From contig NW_024704751.1 in the NCBI RefSeq assembly GCF_018977255.1, positions 12,772,001-12,836,000 of the forward strand: a stretch of DNA of 64,000 bases. The letters run 5' to 3'. Source of the DNA: Callorhinchus milii. Taxonomy: Eukaryota. Positions 1-11,137 of the stretch are shown here, piece by piece. The first letter of the stretch is position 1. Every line of letters begins with the position of its first letter. The notes beneath the pieces were generated by a model. The model had not been told where the DNA came from. It was given only the letters and a program-made list of their open reading frames with translations, and did not search any database. The position numbers were made by a program, and so were the translations under genes.

Positions 1-3000
1 TTGCATTTGATACAGCGCCTTACCACGTCTTTGAGATGTCTCAAAGCGCTTCATGGAATATACTGTAAAGTGAAGAGGTGAACCAGCATTGATAGCCATC
101 AGAAACCATTTGAACACTGATACGATCAGCAAGTGCAAGCTACAGGTCAGCCCCTTGTGAGGTGGCTTGTGGGTTGGAAGGTACATGATGAAGGCCATTG
201 ATCAATATTTTTGTCTACTAATCAATTATCATGTATATTGCTTTGTTTTCAACACTCTCTCGCTCCAAATGGCCAAACAATGGCAACACACAAGAAGTCA
301 TCCAAAGTAACCTCAGAAGGGTTTCAGGCAGTGTAAGATTTTTTTCTAATTTTTTATAACTAATGATATAAAAAAAAGTTGACCTTTTTGCATCCTTGAA
401 CAGTTCAGCGTTGGTACCAGTTACTAAAATCAAATGCTTGTATATGAAGGAATATTTTCTTTGCCCGATGCACGCAGTGTGGTTTTGTTGTGTTCCCGGG
501 AATTGAAGAATTATTACTGAGACGCGAGAGGATTAATTGCCCCTCTACCTATCTCTCGCTTTATATCTTCACAGAGACGAGTTTATTTAGTTCCACTGCA
601 ATTGAACAGCACTTTCTTTATGATGTCATGCTATAGCCACTCTGCTGTAACGGAGAATTTAGGCAACGTACGTCTCGCTCTCCGTAACTCAGACACTGTT
701 CCCTTGGCCAAAAGGATGGTGGTTCTTCTGCCTTTTGATAATAAATAATAATAATTCTTGCATTTGATATAGCGCCTTACAAAAACTTGCATTTAATATT
801 GCGCCCTTCACACAGGGTAACGTCCCAGGAGAAGAGCCTTATCACGTCTTCGAGACGTCTCCAAGCGCTTCACAGAATATACTGTCAAGTTAATTGTTCT
901 GTGTATTTTGTGGGCGAAACGCGGCAGCCAATCGCGCACAGCAGCGTCCCCACAAACAGTCGTGGATTGAGTGACCAAATTATTATTTATTATTATTTTT
1001 ATTTTGAAGGGATTATTACTGCAGGTGTCAGGCGATTTCCCGGCTGGCTTTCTGCGGGGAAGTGCCTGATCTCCCTCCGGCTGCACAATCCTCCCAAAAT
1101 AATGGCTGAGTTTGAGACTTTGCTGTATATAGGGGTGGTGTTGGCCAGCACTTGCACCTTATCACTCCATGCCACAGTGTGTTATAGCATCTCCGCCCCT
1201 CTCCAGCAGAGCGATGACATCGTAATGAATCCTCGCTGCCTTCGTTGCAAGTCCTCACCTGGTTTTAAAAAGCAACGCAAATCTAATTAGTGTCTGCAAT
1301 TCTTCCTGAGGTATAAATCGAATGGCAATAGAACTCCTTTCAATTATATCACAGGGCAGATAGACCTAATGCGGAGAAACAGAGTACAAAATAATTTTGC
1401 TCTGACGATTGGTATCATCAGAAAGAACTCCCTAAGGAACAATGAGATCTGGAGATCACAAGTAAGACTTGAATGGTGGGAAGGTTCTTGCCTGGGTGGT
1501 GGGAGGAGGAGGGGTAAACTGTCCTGTTGTGTATGCTTCATGTACCTGTTTCCAACTCTCACATCAGGCTGGGAGAATGGTTACCTCTCAATGCTGACTT
1601 CCCACGAGATAACCTCTGTATTAGCCCTCTTGAGTACTGGAAGTTTGCAATTATTTGGAAAGTTTGCGATCATTTGTTCAGCCAAACCTTCAGTGTTGGC
1701 TTCAAGCAACCAGGGTTCCTGGGTGGGGTGGGTCTTGCTTAAACTACGGCATTCATCGTCCACGTTGACCCTTTGTTAAACTTGGGTCTTTTTGTTTTTT
1801 AAGTTGATAACAAATTGGTAGACAATTCGGATTTACAATTCGACAACAAATTACACTTCGGAAAGACGTCCCAGAACGCTGGACAGTCGGGTTCGGACCT
1901 GAATTTTAATTCAAGCAGACCGAACGCATGGTTCACTTCAAATTTCAGGAGTCCTCTTCTCTCCTCACCGCCCCCCCCCCCCCCCCCCACCACCCAAAAA
2001 TATATATTTCAGCAGAAATGTCCTTCATAGCTTTAAAATGTACAACTTTAAAACAAAGTGTGTGGTGTACATTGGGATAGATACCTAGAACCTCAGAACC
2101 TTCCAGAATTTAAGTGATCTCTGACGATGATGCATTGATTATGTGGATTACTTTATGCTTTTGCAGTACTCAAGAGACTTAATGAACTTTGCTGAAATTA
2201 TTTTTGTAAACGCGTTCATAATTTGTAAATTCTAACAACCCAACCTTTTAACAAATGTATGAGTCCGATTTTGTTAACCGCAAATGTAACTGTTATCCAA
2301 CCTGTTTGGGTAATCTGGAGCTTTCTGATCCGGGGCTTTGTGTGACTGGGCAGACATGTTGATTGTCCTTTTTAAAATCCTCGCAATGCTTTGAGTATTT
2401 AAGACATTTTCAGCTTTTGAGTACATTTTTCACGTATAGTTTTGGGGGAATTTAATTTTGCTCTTCCCCCCCCCCCCCCACAGTTTAGCTAAAAGCACTA
2501 AATTTAATTCCTACCAATAAAAATGCCATATGATAACATGTAATAAAGTTATCTGCGTGATTCTGTGCAGGATTTCCTCTCGCCTTTTGTGCGGCTGACT
2601 TTTTGAAAAATCACAAACATTTGAAACCGCTTTTGATCATCACCGTGCAATGGAAGGGTACCATCTGTCGCTTCCTCACCTGCTGCAAAAACCAAGGCGA
2701 TCCCAAAAGTTGATAGGGGGGGCGAAAAAAAAATATCATTCTTCACCATCAAACTGTGCATTAGTTTGGCGCTTTACCGCTTTTTTTAATATAAAAACAA
2801 ATTGGAGAATTACAGCGCCACACAGTACATTTCTGCATTAACAAAATGTTCTCCCATTAAGAAACACCTAATCGTGATCTTGTCATGTTGACTTTTGGTG
2901 CAGGAATCCTCCTCGGGTTCCTTCTGAAAGGGTTTAGAAAGCCTTAATGCACAGTCTGTGTTTCCAGCCCTGCGGGTCTTTGTGTCAAGCCAGACAGAAA

Positions 3001-3779
3001 CAAATAGTTCCAGAGGGCTTCCTCACAAGCTTTTGTAAGTTAATAATATACCATCAGGCAGTATTCAGCGGTCTGCCATTGCAAGGGATGTGTCCTCGTC
3101 TTAATATTTATTGAAAATCAAAACTACAACACACAGCATCACACAAAACAAACAAATGCCAGCATTCACCCATGTAATCCTTGAGGTTTTGCAGGTACTG
3201 TCAGTTTTCTTTATGTACTCATTTTTGTTACTCTTGAATAAATGTTTTCAATTACTTTACGGTTCAGGCAAGCCCACAATTTCTCGTGTTCCAACAAATA
3301 ATGGTCGGTCACTACTTTTAACTACTGAAACGCATCCGTGTTTATTCCGTTAATGAAGCCATGAAGGACCGGGTCTGTTCCTGATCACTGATATCTGATC
3401 TTAGTTGGGGGTACTTTGCAGTGATGCTATATTTGGCATCGGCACTTCTGGGGTCTGGAGGGTAAAAAATAAACCGACCCGATCATTACCCAGTGACCTC
3501 TGCTGGGAAATGCATACCTGGGCTGTTGGAGACGTGCTGCACGGGCAGAGGTACCGCCTTTCAGGTGAGGGGTAAAACCGAGGTCGCAGGTGGACGCCGG
3601 ACAAAATCGGACAAAACTCTCTGCCCCGGTGCGTCCAGCTGTATTCTGGTCGGTCAACGACAACAACAACAACAACAACGACAAGATTCCATTTATTGAG
3701 CGCCTTTCACGTCGGGAGGACGTCCCAAAAGGCGCTGTGCAGTTGGGTCAACAACAACTTGCGTTTAAATAGTGTCCCT

Positions 3780-4265
3780 CGGGCGGGCCCCTCGCTTGGT
3801 CCAAACCAACCGCAAGGGGTCGGTCGGGTGAGCTTTCCGGCCGGAAAGTGACCTCTGACGGTGGACGATTACCGATGCCCCGGGCGTGAGGGCATTGACG
3901 TCGGCATCTGCGGGTCGCGGCGGAAGACCTTCACTCTTCGACCACGGCTCTGGACATCTCTCCCCCCCCGGGGGGCTGGGTGCGGTGCTCTGCCACTGTC
4001 AAGCGCTCTGGGTCGCTATACGGTGTGTGTGTGTAAGTCGCTGCAGGTGGGACCAGAGGCTCTCTGGGGAGAGGTCACGTGGGAGGGTCCCGTCTGTTGC
4101 CGTCGGTCGTCACGGTTACCATTGTCGCCGAGACGCGCTCTGATTGGCGCGAGCGGAGCGGTCACCTGGTTACGGGGCCGCGTCCTTAGCAACGAGGAGA
4201 AGCCCCGACCCGGTGGGTCTCACAGGGACCGACCGACCGACCCCCACACACCGACACCGCCACCG
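3780..4265 (+). promoter_or_regulatory. CpG-island promoter and probable non-coding first exon of TEKT2, with RFX X-box-like motifs
   Basis: CpG-rich stretch; X-box-like GTCACCTGGTTAC (4161-4173) and GCGTCCTTAGCAAC (4180-4193); inverted CCAAT (ATTGG 4143-4147); donor CCG|GTAAG after 4265; matching acceptor TTCCGCAG ends 4852, just before the TEKT2 ATG. RFX control of ciliary genes is established knowledge. Confidence 0.65.
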
Positions 4266-4556
4266 GTAAGGCCTTTCCCGCGGGGGGGGGGTGAGGGGAC
4301 ACACACACACACACACATCTCCTCTCTTCCTGTCTCAGCGGCGGTTTCGATGCATTTATTTGCATTAAAATCTCGGGGTCGCGCGTTTCTTTTAAACCGC
4401 TCCGAACTGCACCCGAACCGACTCCGTGATTTAGTGGATCAACTGACTTCGCCTCCGCCCGCCCTCCCGCCCACTCCCCGCTGTGTCAAAGGCTGAGAGT
4501 GCCTTTACATTGCTGTTGTCAAAGATGCTGAAAATAAATGGATTATTTCACGGAGA

Positions 4557-4805
4557 GGAGGGGGTGGGGGTGGGGGGGGGGGGGGGTGAGGGGCTGGGGG
4601 GGCTGGGGGGGTGAGGGGCTGGGGGGGGGTGGGGGGGTGAGGGGCTGGGGGGTGGGGGCTGGGGGGAGTGAGGGGCTGGGGGGGTGAGGGCTGGGGGGGT
4701 GAGGGGCTGGGGGGGTGAGGGGTTGGGGGTGTGAGGGGGTGGGGGATAGGGGGGGTGAGGGGCTGGGTGGGGTGGGGGGGGGGGGGGTGGGGTGGAGGGG
4801 GAGGG
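4557..4805. repeat. G-rich minisatellite (GGGGGTGAGGGGCT-type units) in the TEKT2 5' UTR intron
   Basis: Direct reading of repeated G-run units; accounts for the Pro/Gly-rich spurious ORFs here. Confidence 0.85.
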
Positions 4806-4871
4806 AAAGTCCTGTGTTATTTCTCTCACCAAATCTTGTCATTTTTCCGCAGCTACACTTTGCAACCAAAA

Positions 4872-7800
4872 ATGGCCACTCTGAGTTTGAAGTCAGCTCA
4901 GAGGTATTCTGTTCCCGATTGGTTCACCAACAACAACCAGATCTCGACCAATTCAGAGAGGCAGCGTTACATGTCCCATGAGATCCGCCAGGAAGCCAGG
5001 GCCTTGCGGAATGAAACCAACAACCAGGTAAGGGGTTAACAACCAATCACACTTCTGTCACGCCGTTCAAGCCGGGAGGATGTCCCAAGGCATCGGGAGG
5101 ATCAGATGAACATCAAGAGCTTTGCGGCTTGTATCCTCTCTGACCCCAGGCTCCGTAAGCCCATCGCGCTCATCTCCTCCCTAAAACAAATATCTATCTA
5201 CCTCAGTCTTGAAAATTTGAATGGGTTCGGCATCCACAGCCTTCTGGGGGAGAGAGTTCCAGATTTCTCTCATATATTCCACTACCATTTCGGTAAAAAC
5301 TTGCTTCCAGATTTCACTCCTAAATGGTCTCGCTCTAATTTTAAGATCGTGCCCCCACCAGAGGAAATAGTTTCTCTGTGTCCGGTTCTGCTACCGGTCC
5401 CAGGCAATTCAGAGTAATTTGCTTATCGATTCCGCAACTTCGTCAAGTCTGAGACCTGAATATCTTTTCCTTGTTGTAGACTAAATGGGATCAGGAAGAC
5501 AACAACACAAGACTTGCTGAGCGGATAGACGCGGTGGACAGATGGAAAGAACTTTTAGAAATTTGTCTCTGTGATATCAATGCCGAGATTGATGCTTTAA
5601 CTAAAGTAAGTTTTTTTTTTTCGTGCTCAAGTTTCTGTTTTGAAAACGGCACCAAGATAACAATATGTGTGGGTAGTAATAATAATAATCCTTGCATTTG
5701 ATATACAGCGCCTTATCAAGTCTTCGAGATGTCTCAAAATGCTTCATAGAATATACTGTAAAGTGAATTGACTATATTTTGTGGGAAAAATTTATCTTAA
5801 TGATACCGTGATGTTAATTTTATATTGAAATTCAGTGACTGTGTATTTTGTGGGCGAACCGAGGAAGTGCAGGCAATGGGAGATTCAGTGTCCTGTACTA
5901 TATATAATCCATTTACTTTGCTGCTTGTGCTACCTGTCCCAGAGTAAGGAGGAGGCAGAACGGGCCCTGGAGGCCAAGAATCTTAACCTGGATGTTTCGA
6001 TTGAGAACCTGACGTTGAGGGAAGGTCGTCAAGACATTGATCTGGTGACTGACTCAGTGCACGAAGAGCTGCTGAAAGAGGTGGAAGTGATTAACGGATC
6101 AAAGAAAGCTCTTCAGCAGAAAATCAGTGAGGCCTTTGAACAGCTTTGGTAGGTACAAACCAGTACCAATGCCCCGTTTAACTCAATAAGCCTTGCACTT
6201 GATGTTGTACCTACAACATAGAAACTTGTTAAAGCACTTCACAGCCAGTTCCTGTGAAGAACAATGACTGTTTATAAGACAGCAATGTCCTACAGTTAGC
6301 TTTGAAGTGAAGACCAATTTATCTGGGAGAATTGTTGGCCATTACACCAAGAGAAATTCCCTTTTGATTTCAAACAGTATCAGGGGATCTTTAATGGTTA
6401 CAGGTTTCAGGGTGCCACCAGGTTGCCATTGAAGCATTTCATGTTGAGTTGGAGCTTTGGTCTCTTTAATTCCAGCAGCAGTAACAGGAATGTAGACTAC
6501 ATTTTCTGTAGATCTTTTGGAGATGAGGGTTTAATTTATGTTTGTATCTGTGACATGAGGCACATTGAGACCTATAGAGGCAGATAATGCAGTGAAAGGC
6601 TCAGTGATAATAATAATCCTTATATTTGATATAGTGCCTTATCACATCTTCTCTTATAATGCTATACAGTATGTACTGTGTACAATAGCTACATTGAAAT
6701 GCTAATAATGTTTTGGGGGTAGGTTATCAGGAGCTATGTTATACAGAGCACGTTTGCCATCTTTATTATTTTCTCCCCAGTCTGTTGCAGGAGGCTCGTC
6801 AGCAGCTGAATTTCGATCTCCGCAATAAGAGAGAAGCTTTGAACATTGATGAAGTCTGTCTGTCACTCAACAACAATTCCCCGAACATCTCATTCAAACC
6901 AAACCCCCTGCGGATCCCCCCCGGGTGAGAAAGACCTTGATTTGTTTCCAAATCCGACATCGAAACATAGGAACAGGCCATTTAGCCCTTCGAGGCTGTT
7001 CTGCCATTCTATAAGATTGTGGCTGATCTGTGTCTCAATTGCAATTACCCACCCTTGCCCCATATCCCTTGATACCCTGGCCTAGCAAATATCCACCCAC
7101 CACAGTCTTGAATGTGTAACATCTTCAGTATTTGATATTTAATTTGACATTGATATTTAAACTTTGGTGGGGAGGAGGGTAAAATGTTCTGATAAAACAA
7201 TTGAGCCAGTCGAGGGCGCTGTACGATAGGCCAATTCCTTGTGTTTGATACACATCGGGCACATCTCAGTGTTGTGGCTGTGTATTTTGTAGGCGAATAC
7301 AGCAACCGATTTGTACACAGCAAGGTCTCACAAACAGCCATGAAATGATTGACCCCAATTTTATCTCGGGTCACACGATCGTGGCCTGAACAGCGCATGG
7401 AGTCAGCCTGTGTGACACCCAGTGACAGGCCCGTGACAGTAGTCTGTTTGGAAGGAATTCATTCGGTGGATGACGTTTTCTCCCACATCCTCCCCAGATG
7501 CGGAGGTTTGTGCTGTGGTTCAGTTACACAAGCAGCAACAGCCTTCTGTGGCCTGAGTGAGCACTTCCTCATGAGACGGTGCAGATAGGCAGCCCTTGCT
7601 GTTCTTACACACGCTCTTCAGCAGAGGTCTCTCTCGTTCAGCAGCAAAAGCAGCAATGAGTTTAATGCTAACCCAACCTCACTTGTCTCACTGATAATAA
7701 TTAATAAATAATAACAATCCTTGCATTTTGACATAGCACCTTACCACGTCATTGAGACATCTCAAACTGCTTCACATAATATGTTGTGGGGTGAATTGAC

Positions 7801-10800
7801 TGTATAATTTGTGGGCTATATATTTTTGTGTATTTAGAGACTGATAGTTAAATCCCCATAGACCGTCAGGATGGCTATGGCATCAGGCCATTCATTTTAA
7901 ACCCCAATTTGACTCCAAAATAGTATGTTTTTTGAAAAAAAAATTGTTTTAATGTTCCCATTTTTGGCCCGATCAAACCAATAACGATCATCCTTGGATT
8001 TGATACAGCGCCTTATCACGGTGTTATCACCAGCTTCCGACATGAAATTTTGTATTGTCATGTGAGCAGAAATGTTGACTATGTTTCTGTGCTGTGACGA
8101 CAGCTCCACCACAGTGCAGCAATGGGACCAGTTCAGCCGCTACAACAAGGACCGCGCGGAGGCAGAGATGGAAGCTTCCACTGCTCTCCGTGAAGCCATC
8201 GCGGCCACCATCGGCTTTGTAAGTCCCATTATAAACCCAAAGCCTTCCATTTTAAACAGCTGCAGTTTATAGTTCTAGACAGTAGATGGTTTGGGACATG
8301 TCGCGTGTATGCAACTACTGGGAAGGGTGGAAGGCGAACTGGATGGACCTTGGTCTTCTTTTGTCTAGCAAACTCTTATGTTCTTATAGCAGGAATCAAG
8401 ATGACTGATTGCTAATGATTTTATTGCAAGGATTATAACCAAGTCACAGCCATCACAACACAGAAACATAGTCAACCTTAGTAGGTACAGCCTCAGTAGA
8501 ACCTATAATCAGAATCGCCCCAGATTCCTATTTGTTTAATTTTGCCATTACAGACGGATAATGAAGTGGAGGCACAGCGGGTGGCTACGGAGTTTGCCTT
8601 CAGGAAGAGAATCCACGAGTTTGAACAGGCGCTGACTGAGCTGCGGTGGCAGGAGAAGAATGTAATGTTCCGGTTAATAACAATAATTATACCATTTATT
8701 TTTAATATTAGCTTTTTATAAACATATGTCTCCTAATACCTGTTCAAAGGAATACTCTTCTCTGACGTGTATTCCTTTGAACAGGTATTAGGAAATATCA
8801 TTATTCTCGTAATCACTTCAGAGACATTATTAACTCTTCCTGAACCAGGGCTGTGGTTAGATTTAATACTGAATCAGGTTGTTGGAAAACGTACTCAGGA
8901 CTTATCACACCTGACTCTAGTATAACATCCATCCATTAAACGCTCGAAAGACAAGTTCTGTTATTGGTAAAGTGCCAAGAGATTCAGTACGAATGTCGGT
9001 GGAGTGGTTGTTGGCTGTAACCTCTCACCTCCCTCGCTCAGCTCCTGGAGGAGATTGCAGATCTGGAAGAAGAAATCCGGCGTCTGGAAGCAGACCTTCG
9101 AGCTAAAGCTGCTCCGTTGAAGTTGGCGCACACCAGACTGGAGACTCGCACCTACAGATCCCACGCCGACCTGTGTAGGGATGAGGTGAGAAGAGACTCA
9201 GCTATCACGTTTTCCTGTAGCATAGTGGTTAGAGCGCTCACCTCTCAGCCGAGAGGACTCGGGTTCGATTCCCAGACAGGACAATACTTTAGGCAAGCTT
9301 CCTTACTCCACACACACACACACACACACACATGCCTCTATTTGCCGAGCAGTAAAAAGGAACCCGGTTGTTAGTCGATTGGTAGATCGCTTTTTTGGGG
9401 GTAATGATCGCTTCAAAATAAATAAATGAATAATTTGGTCACTCAATCCACGACTGTTTGTGGGACACAGCTGTGTGCAATTGGCTGCAGAGTTTTGCCC
9501 ACAAAACACAGTCACTCCACTTCACACTATATTCTATTAAGCGCTTTGAGACTTCCCGGAGACACAATAAGGCGCTATATCAAATGCAAGGATTGTTATT
9601 ACTAGGATTAAAATAAATCTCAGGCATTGAAGTGAAAATGAAATTGTAAACTCCTGAAGTGTACATCAGTTGGTTCAGTTGCTTCCACCAGCGCAATTGG
9701 AGAGAATACATTTATTTTAATAAAACTATTTTAAAAAAAAGTTTAGAGGCAAAGCATCAAATAAAAAACAGACCTTATACCCTCATATAGTCTGAATATT
9801 TCATTCCTGTTTAACGTGTAATAAAACTGAGAGACTGTGTTTATCTCTGCAGATGGTTGCGAGCAAGTCAATTGATAAAAATGCCCAATTTCCACAATGT
9901 GAGTAAGGTTTTATCTTTCTCTGCAGGTTCAGTACGGGCTGACCGATGAGGTTCACCAACTGGAGGGAACGATCTCTGCACTCAAACAGAAGCTGGCACA
10001 GGCTCAGTACGTAAACTCTCCTTATCTCCAGAGAAACTTACCCTCTCTCACCCAGAAGCAGTCAAATCAATTCACGCAATTCCTACTAAGTAGACAGTAG
10101 AATAGGTACCAAAATCTGCCCTATTCTAATGACAGCTATTGAAGGAGAATGGTACAGACTCTGGAAGAAAAATACTAAATGGTTTGGGGAAAGAGTAGGA
10201 GAATGGGGCTAACTCCAGTGGGGGAGGTGCAGCAGAACAACAACAACAACAAATGACATTTACACAGAGCCTTTCCCGTCGTGAGGACGTCCGAAAGCTC
10301 TGGACAGGCAAGAATGTGCACCCGAGCTGGGGATTGGGATCAGGAGTGATAGATTTTTTAAAAATAGCGGAATTAGGGGATATGGGATAGGGCGGTAATT
10401 AGAGTTAGGTCTGAAGATCAGCCATGATCTTATCGAATGGCGGGGCACAGGCTCGAGGGGCCGAATGGCCTACTCCTGCTCCTAATTCTTATGTTCTTAG
10501 GAGGGATGGAGGGCGTCCACAGGCACAATTGAAGTGGAGAGTTTTGAGATGGGAGCCTTGAAAGAGGCAAGACAGGAAGCGAGGCGAAGGTATTGTTGGG
10601 TGGAGTTCCAAAGGATGGGGTCAGAAAGGCTGAAGGTGGGGCAGGCAGGGTGAGACGTGGAGGGACAAATGTCTCCATCTGAGAGTAAAGGTTTATATTG
10701 ATGATAATTCTCATTCCTGTGCTTTAGAGATGCTCTAGATGCTTCATACAAACAACTAGCAAGAGTCCAAGCGGATATTGGCTTCAAATCCCACTCCCTG

Positions 10801-10941
10801 TGTCTGGATAATCAGAGCATGGATGTGAGAAGAAAGTTAATCACTCCCCCCGAGAAATACGTCTCAAAGGTGGACGGTTTCAACCGCACACCCCACCACG
10901 AGCTGTCTCCAATCAAGTGCCGTCAGCTGGACCTGGCCTAA
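4872..10941 (+). CDS. TEKT2: Tektin-2 (axonemal filament protein), 9 coding exons, 430 aa
   Basis: Coding exons 4872-5027, 5480-5605, 5943-6148, 6781-6924, 8104-8218, 8554-8661, 9042-9185, 9927-10006, 10728-10941; all GT-AG, phases consistent, total 1293 nt. Translation MATLSLKSAQRYSVPDW...EARALRNETNNQ...VQYGLTDEVHQLE...LSPIKCRQLDLA* is collinear with vertebrate TEKT2 as recalled. Confidence 0.96.
5165..5385 (-). mobile_element. CR1-type LINE fragment (3' part of ORF2)
   Basis: CTACCTCAGTCTTGAAA...GCATCCACAGCCTTCTGGGGGAGAGAGTTCCAGAT resembles the reverse complement of a CR1 ORF2 end; related minus-strand pieces near 6960-7110, 21255-21430 and 36545-36695. Confidence 0.6.
9213..9603 (+). mobile_element. 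Full-length tRNA-derived SINE (Deu-like core, L2-type 3' tail)
   Basis: Pol III A box TAGCATAGTGG (9218-9228), B box GGTTCGATTCC (9262-9272), core CTGTTTGTGGG...GCAATTGGCTGC, tail AAGGCGCTATATCAAATGCAAGGATT(ATT)n. Truncated copies of the tail occur throughout the window (e.g. near 1, 750, 5690, 7715, 12680, 21690, 25160, 25540, 26990, 37760, 50935, 59270). Confidence 0.85.
10345..10498 (+). mobile_element. CR1-type LINE 3' end inserted in a minus-strand L2 fragment
   Basis: GATCAGCCATGATCTTATCGAATGGCGGGGCACAGGCTCGAGGGGCCGAATGGCCTACTCCTGCTCCTAATTCTTATGTTCTT is a CR1-type tail; flanks (about 10240-10340 and 10500-10670) read as contiguous minus-strand L2 sequence. Confidence 0.7.
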
Positions 10942-11103
10942 CCATAAAGGAGCAACACACAGGAAGGAAAGGCACAGTGTAAAGTGCTGCCCCCATTTCC
11001 AATAACGAACAAGCAAGTCTAATCATGGATTGAATCCCACAGGAAAAGAAATAAATGTATAGGTCTGATAGCAAAGTTCATGAATGTTCACTCCTGCATG
11101 AGG

Positions 11104-11137
<34 letters not shown>

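Noticed and set aside
787-1290. 167-aa ORF and the many short ORFs ending in ALWDVLPT or containing VKRFETS
   Set aside because: These are translations of SINE/L2 tail sequence recurring across the window.
3285-3320. Possible DNA-transposon terminal inverted repeat
   Set aside because: No partner repeat or target-site duplication found.
9213-9285. tRNA gene (also 40985-41060 and 53760-53815 on the minus strand)
   Set aside because: tRNA-like A and B boxes continue into SINE body sequence; these are SINE heads.
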